NCBI RefSeq assembly: GCF_006345805.1
Contig: NC_042999.1
Location: forward strand, 102,796,001-102,860,000
Reading direction: 5' to 3'
DNA: 64,000 bases
Origin: Octopus sinensis
Taxonomy: Eukaryota
Shown here: positions 51,231 to 64,000 of the stretch, piece after piece
How the letters are laid out: each line of letters begins with the position of its first letter
Position numbering within the stretch: position 1 is the stretch's first letter
The notes under the pieces: model-generated
Databases searched by the model: none
Seen by the model: only the letters and a program-made list of their open reading frames with translations
What the model was told of the DNA's origin: nothing
Translations under genes and position numbers: made by a program

Positions 51231-52169
51231 CATTTAGAGGAAAGGTTAGTACTTCAATTCGGCTGCAATACTTGGCTGGTACTTTATTTTATCCACTGCA
51301 AATTTCACGTCTGTAAAATTTGAACTCGAACCGCATGAGACTAATTCATATTGGCAAATGCTGAAGACAAAAAATTTAAGCTCTTGGACAATCCACTTCT
51401 CATTACTTTGACCTCTGTTATTTGAGACAAACCAACGAAAGAGTTTCAGTATGGTGGTCATACGACCTACAATAAATGGTAGCCAAATATACTCGCATCC
51501 TACATTGCAATTTTGGAAAAGGAAATACATATGGGTAACCTGTTCTTAGATGCATAATTTCTGAAAATATGTTAGGTTAGCCGCTGCTGGAATGTCTGTG
51601 AACATAAGTTTGATCATTAAGAGCCCCCATGAGGCTAAACGAAACCAAGGACAATACGGGTTATTATATGCTCTCAGAGCAAAAAAGACAGTTATCTGTA
51701 TTTCACACTCAAGAAAATTTGTAGGTGGCAAGAAATTTAGTTGCCACGAGGAATAGACTCCACTAACAACAAAGTGCCATTTCAACCCATCTATTACATC
51801 GATTACCCCTTCCTTTCTTAGACACCCTCCTTCACTACCAACATCTTTCATTCATTGTCATATATTTTCTGCCTTTACTCTTTAACCTTTTCCAGTTAAG
51901 TTAATCCCTCAATTTTGTCCTCTCTACTGGCTCATTACCGAATCATAATGAGTAAGAATTATTGCCCGAAACGTCAGATTTCCCCACTCTTCACGAAAAT
52001 AAATTGTCATTCATAAATTATTCTGGATTTAATTGCCATTGTTGTTGATACACATGATCATCAGTTACTGCGGATCCGGATTTAAAGGGAGATACAGAAA
52101 AATTGATAGCTAGTTAATATACCGATTTGTATCTATATATATATATATAAATATATATTGAGAGGTGAA

Positions 52170-52548
52170 TATTCTTTACTACTCTAGGCACAAGGCACAA
52201 AATTTTGGGGAGTGAGCCAGTCGATTAGATCGACCCCCAGTACGCAAATGGTACTTAACTTATCAACCTCGAAAGGATGAAAGGCAAAGTCGAACTTAGA
52301 ACTTAAAGACATAAGAAATACTTATTTCTTTACTGCCCACAAGGGGCTAAACACAGAGGGGACAAACAAGGATAGACAAACGGATTAAGTCGATTATATC
52401 GACTCCAGTGCGTAACTGGTACTTATTTAATCGAAAGGATGAAAGACAACGTTGACCTCGGCGGAATTTGAAATCAGAACGTAGCGGCAGACGAAATACC
52501 GCTAAGCATTTCGCCCGGCGTGATAACGATTCTGCCAGGTCGCCGCCT
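52170..52548 (-). mobile_element. Nested SINE pair (tail A copy inside another copy) next to Gypsy gag
   Basis: Junction AAAGAAATA|AGTATTTC at 52321/52322. Confidence 0.85.
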
Positions 52549-52901
52549 TTGGGAAATATGAAATTACAGTATCGTTCATGCTCAGACGGAGCTAATTTAC
52601 GTAATAATAACCTTACTTTTTCTTCGTCTGACCATGTTTTGCAATCTTCCTTAAAAATCTCCTCTTACCTTCTATAGTACGCTGCAAAAGTTATACCCTT
52701 CTCTGGGTTATAACTGAATTATGTTACGGAGTTTGATACGCCGTCTGGCGAAAACGAACTTACTGCATTTTCGGACTTTGTGTATGGCTCCAATAATTAT
52801 TGTTGTTGAAGTTGTTGCTGTACTAGTTACTTCTGCGACTCCTGTTGCTGTTCTTGTTGCTTTTGCAACTGTATTATAGACGCTAATAGGTCTTCCACCA
52901 T
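52549..52901 (-). pseudogene. Ty3/Gypsy gag relic
   Basis: FSYNPEKGITFAAYYRR*EEIFKEDCKTWSDEEKVRLLLRKLAPSEHERYCNFIFPK, typical of invertebrate Gypsy gag N-termini. Confidence 0.8.
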
Positions 52902-52908
52902 TTAACAC

Positions 52909-53271
52909 GTTGTATCACGAACGAATTGTTAAATAACCTACGTGAGCTTCGAAACCCTCGTTGCCAGATGTTGTATCCTCCGTCTCCAATGTCGTGATAC
53001 CGCCACGATATTGTGACAGATGGTTTAGATACACTGCACCATCTGCCACAATATCATAGTAACAGTAAGCAAGATAATGATGCAGCCGTAATAACAACGT
53101 GACAATCCAACAATCTCTTCACGAACCAACAGCCGCCATTCCAAACGAACTGACCCACCGACAACCGACTTCACTGCGAAATTAAACTTACACACAAACT
53201 TCACACCGACCGTTACTATTTATAATCGCTTAGTCCAGTCTATCGTAAGGGAGCGTCGTGACTCATCACAA
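52909..53271 (-). mobile_element. Candidate Gypsy 5' LTR
   Basis: Starts TGTTG, ends ..ACAAC(G), lies directly upstream of gag; PBS unclear. Confidence 0.45.
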
Positions 53272-53295
53272 CACACACATACACACACACACACA

Positions 53296-54255
53296 CACAC
53301 ATACATATACAAGTAGAATTTTGGTTAGTTGAAATATGTTTGTCACATATTTCAACTGCTAAAAGGCAAATACACTGCAGTTACCGTGGAGAAGAAATCT
53401 CTCTTATGGTAAAAAGATGTGAAAATACTCAGTTCGTTCAGTGTCGCCAGATGTTTCGAGTTTTTTGACTCGTGTCAATGAGATGTACTTAAGAAAGGCA
53501 ACTTGAATGAACTTAATAAAGCTCTAGCTTTATACATAATTCAGTCAACACGTTGGCTGATTTGTGCTATGGCTGATTTATGCTAGTAGATCATCCGATC
53601 AAAGTAAATAACGAAGCATTGGTGCAAAGCAGTGTTTAGGTATGAGAAGAATTTTGGTTAGATGAAATATGCTTGTCACATATTCGAACTGCTAAAAGTT
53701 ACCGTAGAGAAAAATTTCTCTTATGGTAAAAAGGTGTGAAAACACCCAGTTCGTTCAGTATCGCCATCGAAACGTTGCTGTCTGAGATTCCTAACAGATA
53801 GCATCGATGAAGAGAGAAGGTGGGGAGGATTGAAGAGAGAAAGTAGGTGGCAGAGGAAGAGAGGAGAGGAGGGGAGTTAAATGAAGAACGGAGGGGAGTT
53901 GAGCCCATTTGGCGTAAAGGAGCCAAGAGAGAAGATTGATCCTTGTTCACGGTGAAGGCAGAATTCCAGATAGCCCCTATGCAAAGACAGTTCGAATACA
54001 GATAGGTGTTGTAGTGAATGACCATTAGAGCGGAAATAGTGCGAGACCGGGGTATCATTGCCGAGTCTGATGTCTTGGAGGTGCTCCTCGAACCGGTCAG
54101 CCAAGCAGTGTCCTGTTTGACCGATGTACAGAGAAGGGCAGGAAGAGCAGGAGATGCAGTAAATGACGTTGCGAGAACTGCAGATAAAAGTCGGTGATAT
54201 GACAGGGACGATGATGAGTGCCAGTGAGGATAATGGTGTTGGAGAGGTAGGAGCA
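53296..54255 (-). mobile_element. Penelope-like element 3' end (GIY-YIG) with tandemly repeated tail
   Basis: SSRNVIYCISCSSCPSLYIGQTGHCLADRFEEHL..PVSHYF..GHS..E..IFSLGSFTPNGLN; tail repeated at about 53648-53765 and 53296-53450. Confidence 0.88.
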
Positions 54256-54537
54256 AGTATATATATATAATATATAAACATATATGTTCCCACATATATA
54301 CACACACATATATTTTCCTAGGTTTATATACTTAAATGTATGTAGACCGCTTAGTACAGAGCGCATTTATAATATATATAAATATATATATCTAATTTTA
54401 GCTTGGCTTAGAGCAATCACTATAATTACTTATCAAACGGCGGTGCATTCAAGCAAAAAGGGGAAAATGTAGAGCAGTGCAAGATGAATTGGATCTAATT
54501 TAACATGTAGGTTAACTATGTACCTCTTCGAGTCATA

Positions 54538-54600
<63 letters not shown>

Positions 54601-54613
54601 ATATATATATAAG

Positions 54614-54646
<33 letters not shown>

Positions 54647-54734
54647 ATGTATGTATATATATAATGTATATATATATGGATATATATATATACATATATA
54701 TGTATATATATACATGTATATATATATGTATATA

Positions 54735-54784
<50 letters not shown>

Positions 54785-54913
54785 TACATGTATATATATA
54801 TACTATATATGTATATACATATATATGTATATATTATATATGTATATAATATATATATGCATACATGTATATATATATATATATGTGTACATGTATATAT
54901 ATGTATATATATG

Positions 54914-54944
<31 letters not shown>

Positions 54945-57135
54945 CACCATGTCTTTTTTAAGGCGGTGCCCCAGTATGGCCACAGTCTTATGACTGAAAC
55001 AAATAAAATATAAAAGATAAACACACACACACACACACATGCACACAGAGACATCTACAATTATTTCTCAAATTACATCAGCAATGAATATTCGAGCAAG
55101 AAATGTACAAGTGCACATGAACTGCAATATAACTCAATATAATCCAGTGCTGTATAAACTCAATATGATATGTAGGTTAAGTGGTAAAAAGAAAAGAAAC
55201 CCATCTCGAGGCATATTTCAAATTATAATGTACATTTTTCTCACCTGGACTTACTGCACTCACTGATATGTGTCCCGAAGCCTCAACCAATAAAAAGAGA
55301 CATAAGAGAGGATTTGAATACATCCACACTCTCTACACACAAGATCAAATCTCACAGGATGTACACAAACTGGAGTAGATCGTAAAGTTACTGACATAAT
55401 TGTTTCTTAACATACATAAGGAATGTCAATTTATTATCTTTAAAATAATGCCATTGCTTTGTAGTAAATAAGTATATGTGTTGAAAGAAAATCAATATCA
55501 TGAATTTTCGTTAAGTAAGCAAGCTGAACATTTATAAATTTGTTATGTCGCTAAATATAACTTTTTGCCACTTTTCAAAGATGTCTCCTTCATCAATATT
55601 AGAATATAGGTAAATTTGAACATATAAAATTTATCAAGTATAGATTATTTATAGATTATTATGATTCCTTTACGCCTCTTTATATGTTAATTTCATTAAC
55701 AAAAAATAAAGGTTTTTGATCATAAAAATTTAAAGCAATAAATTTCGATTCACTGTGCCGTACTTTCCTCCACGTGTATAAAAAAGTGGTCAACCGTTTC
55801 ACATTTTCATGGCACTTCTTTATTGCTTCTTTCAGGGCAACCTCCATCTTGTAAAAAGACGTGGACAACGTCCCTGTATACCACCGTCCTCTTCGCCACG
55901 TTGTTTATCAGTTCTTCTGGAGGAGTCAGCTTTAGACTGGCTCCTTCCTTTTCTAGCAATTTGTTTGCTTCCTTTCATTTTCTTGGCTCAATTTTTATTT
56001 CCCATACTTCAAGTGTGTTGTCATTTATACCTTGGCTTGTTGCCGCTGCGTAACTTTATCCACTCTCCATCTTTCTTTCTTTCTTCACTTCTCCCATAGA
56101 TGGGGGATAAACTGATTCAAATAACATGCAAACAAAACAGTGACGAAAATTCAACAATTTAAACAATTTAATAAATCGTGGTACACCCACACGGGGAGAC
56201 CTTCAACAAATATATAACAACGTGTAACAATTCGAACTTAAAGAAATCACTACTAATGCCCAAAAATGGCGAGCCGACTCTTTCTCCACAATCTCTGCGT
56301 ATGCCAATTTATATTGTGGTACAGTCCATTAGGAGCCAACCAAATAAGAGTGTTCTACTTCCACACAACAGTAGTGAAGAGGTAGATCGTTCATGTTGCA
56401 TAAAATAAAAGTAGAGCAGATTCTGTAACGCGAGGTCTTGAAAATTTCGTGCAACTCGTTCGTATCCATTTGTTGGGCGTTTTTGACTTTCTAGTGAAGT
56501 TTAAACAAACATCAAGCAATTGTTCACTGGGTAACGGTTAGTTCTGCTAAAAGTCGAGTTGTTTTGTATGAGACTACTTTAATAATGGCTCCCAAATGGT
56601 CACTGTCTATTATATCTATGAACTTCCACATCATCAATGGCTTTGGTCCCGCTTACAAAAGTTTTAGAATAAATACTTTACTGTTGGTACCCTAACCAAA
56701 TGTTTATTTGATATTGAGAGCCCTCTCCACTGCTTTGCCGTACAAAAAGCTGTTGAAATTTGCTTTCTCCATCTTCAGTTTGATAGACTAAACCATACAA
56801 TGTCGAAGAATGAAGCCAAAACAATTAGCATAACTCAAAAGACATGTTTCTAAATGGTTTACAATACTAACATAGTTAAAAAAATGTTTATTCCAAAATA
56901 AACATCAACTTATAGAATTATAAAACCCGCAATTATTTTCGTACTTAGCTTCCCAAGAAATTCCTAAATTCACAATTATTTTATTCTCCTTTGATAAGCG
57001 CCCCGTTGCAATGAAATAGTCGCATCGTCCGCTATGAAATAGTTGCGTAATTGTAAGGAAAATGCATTTGTACGTTGGATTGTACTTAGGTGATTATTTT
57101 ATAGCTTGTTTCTGAAATCCTTCAATGTGAGCAAA

Positions 57136-57137
<2 letters not shown>

Positions 57138-57229
<92 letters not shown>

Positions 57230-57244
57230 CTTACCTACCTACCC

Positions 57245-57332
<88 letters not shown>

Positions 57333-57376
57333 GTCTGTCTGCCTGTCTGTCTGTCTGTCTGTCTGTCTGTCCGCCC

Positions 57377-57408
<32 letters not shown>

Positions 57409-57420
57409 GCCTGCCTGCCT
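57138..57420. repeat. Compound (TATC)n-(TGTC)n-(TGCC)n tetranucleotide tract
   Basis: Directly visible. Confidence 0.95.
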
Positions 57421-57749
57421 GCTTGTCTCATATGTATGCACATACACACGCACGCGCGCATATCTCTCCCTCCCTCCCTCTCTCTCCATCTCTCTCTATA
57501 TATGTAAACCAAGGTCTTAATTATTTTCTCGATAACTAACGAGTTGTGCTAAAGTTGGATCAAAATATATCCTATGAGGGAACTTGTAACAAGTTCCCCG
57601 CATTATCAAGGATTATAACACCAGTATAAAATACGACGCATGGAGCTTTCCGTATACAATAAGTAGTGTCCTACAATGTACTTGCTGTACCAGTATTGAT
57701 GTCAACATTTACACGTTATTCTATGGACGACTCCATATATAGATGAATC

Positions 57750-58420
57750 CAGATTATTAATGTTAAAACATGAGAACCTTTAATCTACCCCAGAATTTCC
57801 ACATCTACTTAAAAAGCAACAAGGTGTCGGATACTTATCGATTGAAACAGCATTTGAATATCGTCTTGCCCCTTCATAAGCATTTCTTATCCACCAAGTG
57901 TTGAAGTTGCTTCATGTATTCAGACAGCCCGAATACATGAAATAGATGAATGAGAAGGGAAAGGAACATTTCTAATAGTATTCCCTGACTGATGAGCTAA
58001 GGAACTCATATTGGGAAGTTGCATGATTCTACAACACGCGGTCATGAGAAGAAACTCTGTATGCATGTCAGTAGAAGGTCACGCGTAACTATCTAGTCAG
58101 GAAGCTTTAAATTAGCTGCGTAGATAATCAATAATTTTATCTTGAATTAACCACCAGGATAACTCACAGTTTGATGGGTGTGCTTTTGCAATACAAGAAT
58201 AAGAAATAACAAAATCCCAGATGTATAAAATGGATAAGATGCAGATAAAACATCTAGATGTAGATTCTTCAGAATTAATTCTATAGACGACAATTATTTC
58301 AGAAGTGGCTGTCAAAAAATGTCAACTCCATTATATCTATGAATGAGACATGTCGTTGTATCCGAAACATTGTACAATGCAGTACATAGAAAAGAAAAGT
58401 CTAAGGGCAGAAAAAAACAC
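57750..58420 (+). mobile_element. R4/Dong-like LINE C-terminal relic
   Basis: SQFDGCAFAIQE*EIT and CQKMS..RHVVVSETLYNA, resembling the RLE-LINE CCHC/RH region; very degraded. Confidence 0.55.
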
Positions 58421-59610
58421 AGAAGTTACACTGATGTGGATGGGATAACAGTGGTGGGTTTTTCGTGTCGAGCCGTGCTTACTGCCTGAAGACGTCTTTC
58501 AGAGTTCAGTTTGATATGTTTCTCACACATAGTCTTCACGGAGAATATCTTCTCCAAGGCAAATACTGGAGCTAATGCTGTCCCACGTTTCAGTGTACAC
58601 AAGTGCGTTAAATAGAAATGTACTCAGCTTTATTTTAATCATCACTTCTAGATGTACTTAGTAATTAATTCCAGCGTGACAATACTTTGCACATGCCAAC
58701 AAATGTACTTTTTTCTGCTTACATATAAGAACGGAAGTTCTTACTGTGTTATGTATAACTGAAGCTATTTCTGAAACTGATGAAACGTGAATATGAAGAA
58801 ACATGCGTCTTACACCGCGTTGATGTCATTCAGAACCCATTTTGGTCTGTTTTTGCACGCACAGTCTATAAGTTTATAATTGGATCCTGACCCAACACCC
58901 TTCAAAAAGACACATCAAGTAGCATTAACTACAAAGTGTTCTCCGTATTTTGTTCCTGAAAATATCAAAATTAGAACGCATTTCATCAGAGACCTGGTCC
59001 ATCAGTATCGACTTGGTGATAAGCCACATACTAAGAAGAAACAACATATACAAATATGTGAATAATTTAATTTAAATCAACAGAGATGGAGAGAGAAATG
59101 GAAGCTAAGTGTATAAAAGAGAAAGGGATAAAATGGGAAAGAGAGACAAAGCGAGGAATGCGCTGAACAGAAATACATTATTTACAAATCATAATATCAG
59201 TCAGGTGCTAAACGTAAAAAAAATGAGAATACATAGAATATAAATAATTTAGAATACAAATGAAAAAGTATAGATTACATGAGAAAAATGAATTAATCAT
59301 CCATATTTTGAAGTCGTAGGTCCAGTGTGGCCTTTATCAGATGACTAAAAGAAATTAAAGAACTAGAGAATCATACACATACATACATACATACATACAT
59401 GCATACATGCATACATACATACATGCATACATACATGCATACATAAATACATACATACATACATACATACATACATGCATAGATGCATACATATATACAC
59501 TCATCTATATACATACATATACAGAAAATAAATGCAAATGTAAATACATGCACACATTTTATACCTGTATGTGTATTTATAATTCTGTGACTGGATGTTG
59601 ACATATATAT

Positions 59611-59666
<56 letters not shown>

Positions 59667-59747
59667 ATAATATATATATATCTGTAAATATTTTAATGAA
59701 TTATTGTATATACCTGTACACGAGCATATGTGCATATATATAACGAA

Positions 59748-60050
59748 TAAGGAGTAAATGGAGAGGTAATTATTAAAATTATTTATTAATTATAAAATAT
59801 GACATCTCTGACAGCTGTTTCTATTCAGAAATCTATAACTGTTAACCGTTTTATAGCCGTTATCTCAACATTTATAGCCATTATCTCAATCAGTATATCC
59901 TTACTACATCTAAAGAGATTGATCTTATAATGATTTTAATTTTATAAATTAATTATCTAAAGAATTCTGAATCGAAACACATGTGAGAGATGTTGTCACG
60001 TTTTATAATTTATAAATGATTTTATTAATTACCTCTCCCTTTTCTCCTTA
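59748..60050. repeat. Diverged inverted repeat of a PLE-type tail
   Basis: 59748-59832 pairs with 59962-60050 at roughly 80% by eye. Confidence 0.75.
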
Positions 60051-60303
60051 CTCTTTAAATGTACATATATGAACTACGGTTTATATGGTTACCTTATAGT
60101 TGATCTTACTAAAGATTGGTAACTAACCTGTATATTAAGTGGATTTATGATCCCTTAATGAGGTTTATTACCTTTACTTGATATATATATATCCTCGTCG
60201 TCGTAACCGACGGAGTGCTTCCATATATATATATATATAATATATATTATATATTATATATAATATATATATATATATATATTATATATTATATATATAT
60301 ATA

Positions 60304-60344
<41 letters not shown>

Positions 60345-60379
60345 TATATATATAGATATATATATATATATATAATATA

Positions 60380-60451
<72 letters not shown>

Positions 60452-60454
<3 letters not shown>

Positions 60455-60660
60455 CGAATTTACAGAAAACAAAAGACGCAGACAAGCGAAAGAAAAATTA
60501 TTAGTATCAGTTTGACCTTCGGAAAGAATTGAGAAGTCTTTGACGTTTCGAGCCTACGCTCTTCGACAGAAAGGATTGACAGGAAAAAAGAGGAGAGAAC
60601 GAAAATAAAACGGAGGGCAAAAAGGTGTAGGGATTAACGGTTGAACATGATGAAAATCAG
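60452..60660 (-). mobile_element. Short PLE-type tail element with hammerhead-like motif
   Basis: CTGTCGAAGAGCGTAGGCTCGAAACGTCAAAG; ends in (TA)n. Confidence 0.65.
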
Positions 60661-60841
60661 TAAACTATATATATATATTTCGTTTTGGATTTGATTTGCA
60701 AGAGTCAAGACTATTGTAAAGGTTGCAAGACGCAACGAAAATTTTAGGAAAATAAAAGTGGAAATTTTACCGGTGAGTGTGTTACATTATAAGGCACAAA
60801 AAGAAAATGACTCTCCCCTGACACAAAAGTATATATATATA

Positions 60842-61294
60842 TATATATGAAAAAATAAGTCAAAATAGAAAATGCTAAAATAATTTTATAAAGAACATTT
60901 CAGTACCGGTTTCAGTCATTTTGAGACCTTTTCAACTGTAACGATTAAATAATTAAATTTAGAAAAATTAAAAGAAATGTTTTTTTAAAGGAATATTTGT
61001 ATAGTGTTAAAATATAAGTGGCATTTTCCTTGTTTCTGCCTTGCTCTGTCTCTCGACCTCGAACCCACAAGTGTGAACAAGAGAGACAGAGCAAGGCAGA
61101 AACAAGGAAAATGCCACTTATATTTGAACACTATACAAATATTCCTTTAAAAAAACATTTCTTTTAATTTTTCTAAGTTTAATTATTTAATTGTTACAGT
61201 TGAAAAGGTCTCAAAATGACTGAAACCGGTACTGAAATGTTCTTTATAAAATTATTTTAGCATTTTCTATTTTGACTTATTTTTTCATATATAT
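60842..61294. repeat. Near-perfect palindrome, about 212-bp arms, 26-nt spacer, built from a PLE tail
   Basis: 60842-61054 is the reverse complement of 61081-61294 with only a few differences. Confidence 0.95.
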
Positions 61295-61403
61295 CAACTC
61301 GTGTGTTCCTTTTCATATTATACATATATATATATATATATATGATATATTAAAATAAGGATAAAATCTTTATAAGAAATTATCAGTAGTTAGCGTGAAA
61401 ACC

Positions 61404-61460
<57 letters not shown>

Positions 61461-61469
61461 TTCTGTCGT

Positions 61470-61860
61470 GTTAAGGGGTAAGATCAACAAAAAGGTACTC
61501 CATCCCGTGAAAGAGAAATATTTAATGTACACAGTATAAAAATATGAGCTACAAATAGTTTCTTGCTGAGGAAACTTGCGTCTCGCCAGGTTTTTAAAAC
61601 ACACCGTGTGTCTCCAAGCAATATTGAAGCTCTGAGCACATGGTCTCTTTTTACTTGAAAATCAGGGCGCTGTTACATGGGGAATTGCGAGAAAAAAAAC
61701 ATGCCATATGTTAATAGTTCTAAGAAATGCAAGTTATACGCTGCTGAAAGGTCGCATATTCTTTTTAGATCTATGAATTCCATCAGACTATCGAATTCCA
61801 TATCCGAATTTTTCAGCAATTGCAAAGATAAGGATAAATTTTTTTGACAAACTGGAAAAC
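61470..61860 (+). mobile_element. Penelope-like GIY-YIG C-terminal relic
   Basis: PYVNSSKKCKLYAAERSHILF..ISEFFSNCKDKDKF, resembling PY..SKKC.LC..EK..I..RSEL.SKCRH. Confidence 0.55.
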
Positions 61861-63619
61861 CCCACCCATCCCGTACTGAGCAGCTGTCGCACAGACCTTG
61901 GATCCATCTCCGTTGAATTATTATGCAACAACTAGCTTAATTATGGCTTTACGGTGGAAGGGGACATAAATTAATTGTCCTTTCTTCTTTTTCCGTTTTT
62001 TTTTACCACTCCACTTTTTGCATCAACCTTCTTGCCTTTCCTCGTCATTTCTGTTGTACCAGCGTCCGCTTTTCTACTTTGAATAAACCATGTTCTCAGA
62101 GCCTAAAGGTGTTTTGGAGACACAAGGAGTGTTATAAAAAACCTGCATAGACACATGTTTCCACAATAAGAAACTATCAGTAGTTCCTATCCTTTACACT
62201 GTGTACATTAAATAATATTTATTTCTCACTGGATGGAGTGCTTTTTTGTTGATCTTATCTTAACGAAATAGTAATATACATACATACATACATACATACG
62301 TACATACATACATACATACATACTTACATACATACATACATACATACACACATATATATATATATACATTCACACACATGCAAGCACATTTATTTTGTAC
62401 TAAATACCTATAAAGTATATGTACAGTATATTATTAGTTACTTACATTCAATCTTTCTCCCCGACGCGTGTTTCAATTTTCAGGCGGAACCTGTTTGTGG
62501 CTTGATGTTCCTGTTTATTTATCTATCATTTGGCATGACTCCTTTAATTGGTTTCCGCTTCTGATTCTGTTTTCTTACGGCTTTTGAAGCATGTTTTACT
62601 GTTTTGAAGTTTTGTGTTTATTTAGTAGAGGTGCAATATTCTAGTTCATATTTTTCTACTCACTTTCTTTCGATTGTTTTAAATTATTCCTGTCTGTAGT
62701 TGCTGAAGTGTTCTTAATGCTATTTATTTGATTCTCGTATAAATTCTTTTTAATTTGTTTCATCTTTGTTAGCTATGATTTGATGGATTTTTTCCCTGCT
62801 ACTGTGTGGTGATTTTTTTCCAGCTACTGTGTGATAGTTTTATATCTTGTTTTGTTGAAATACGTGTATTTATAAACGTTACGAGAAATTCCCAAACTCA
62901 CTTACCAAAAATCTTGTAAACAAGCCATATATATCACAAGCTATCCAATGATAACAACACAAAAGTTAACTACAGCTGCATAAAACTTATAGAGGGTTCA
63001 ATAAACACACACACACACGCACACACAAACACACACACATATGTACCTACGGTAGAAATTCAAGTTGTAATACACCGCGTTGAAACACTTAGCTTAAATT
63101 AACCTTGCAATTAGACAACAAAATGTACCTACTTGTGTGGTAGTATCTAAAAGGAATCTCTAAAGGAGAAAACTCCAATAATACGAGTCAGTGCAACGTT
63201 TGGGACATAAAAAATTATTCGGTTAGGAGTAACTGTTTTCTTAAAAACCAATTGATGATAGTAGGGGATATGTTTTGGCCATAGACGGTTTTATGAGAAG
63301 TATATTTAGCTGAGATAAGATGACAATATTTATAAAAATAGAGGGAATATAGAGATGTTGATTATATATATGAACAGTGAGGCTGAGGGTAATAGGTTAC
63401 GTCATGTTTCAAACCTTGCCCAGTCCACTGGTCCAACCCCTCTACTGTATTGTATTTCTACGATTCTCAGGCGCGTGCTTTTGTTTGTTTGACTCCGAGT
63501 AGTATTCTAGTAGGTTTGTTTTTTTTTGTTTCCTCTTTGTCTCAGATTTTAATTGTATCATTTGTCACTTTTATCTATTTATATCTTCCTGTATATGCTC
63601 TGCTTCGTAGAATGATCGC

Positions 63620-64000
63620 ACAAGCTCGGCATGGCTGTGTGAAAAGAAGTTTGTTTCCCAACCACATGGTTCTGGTTTCAGCGTAGCACCTTAGGCAAGT
63701 GTTTTCTACTATAGCCCCGGGCCGACTAAATACTTATGTGTGGAGTTAGTAAAAGGAAACTAAAAAAATGCCCGTCATATATATGTGTGTGTGAATGTGT
63801 GTGTCTGCAATTATCTCCCTCCACCACCACCACCGCCACTCCCCCACCACCGCCACTCCCCCACCACCGCCACTCCCCCACCACCGCCACTCCCCCACCA
63901 CCGCCACTCCCCCCACCACCGCCATCGCCGCCGCCACCACCACCACCACAACTACCACGTCGACAACCGGTGTAGATTTGTTTACATCGTCATAATTTAT
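63620..64000 (+). mobile_element. Second SINE family copy with internal 17-bp minisatellite
   Basis: SINE head and core, then about six units of CCCCCACCACCGCCACT (63824-63925), then GACAACCGGTGT. Confidence 0.75.

Noticed and set aside
51478-51488. GGTAGCCAAAT, matching the downstream half of the 28S R2 target
   Set aside because: Only 11 nt match, the flanks are not 28S and no R2 end is adjacent; consistent with chance.
51330-51990. Possible PLE endonuclease relic on the plus strand
   Set aside because: Only the tail CCGAAACGTC and a weak YLRQTNERV match were seen.
55700-56800. Possible L1 ORF1 or DNA-transposon relic (SYAAAT..)
   Set aside because: Too degraded to assign without a profile search.

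Overview
This is a repeat-dense, AT-rich eukaryotic window. The tRNA-derived SINE families and heavy microsatellite load look like an octopus genome (inference, not database-checked). Bases 1-13760 are an all-minus-strand, head-to-tail chain of non-LTR elements. From left to right: a 5'-truncated R2 copy running off the left edge; a near full-length, frameshifted R2 with three zinc fingers plus Myb, RT and RLE; 176 nt of 28S rRNA ending at the R2 target site; a Tx1/L1 5' fragment; a near full-length Tx1/L1 element; and a gag-only element with no EN/RT. No other rDNA is present. The 3' tails of the two L1-clade elements match two different 3' tails of the local SINE family. The rest of the window is SINEs, mariner/Tc1 relics, RTE, R4/Dong-like, Gypsy and Penelope-like (PLE) fragments, and microsatellites. 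Several PLE-type tails carry minimal hammerhead motifs or fold-back palindromes. The only host gene I can support is exon 1 of an aquaglyceroporin (47455-47550, +); its exon 2 was not found in the window. Most ORFs in the supplied track are microsatellite or antisense artefacts. Identity estimates were made by eye.
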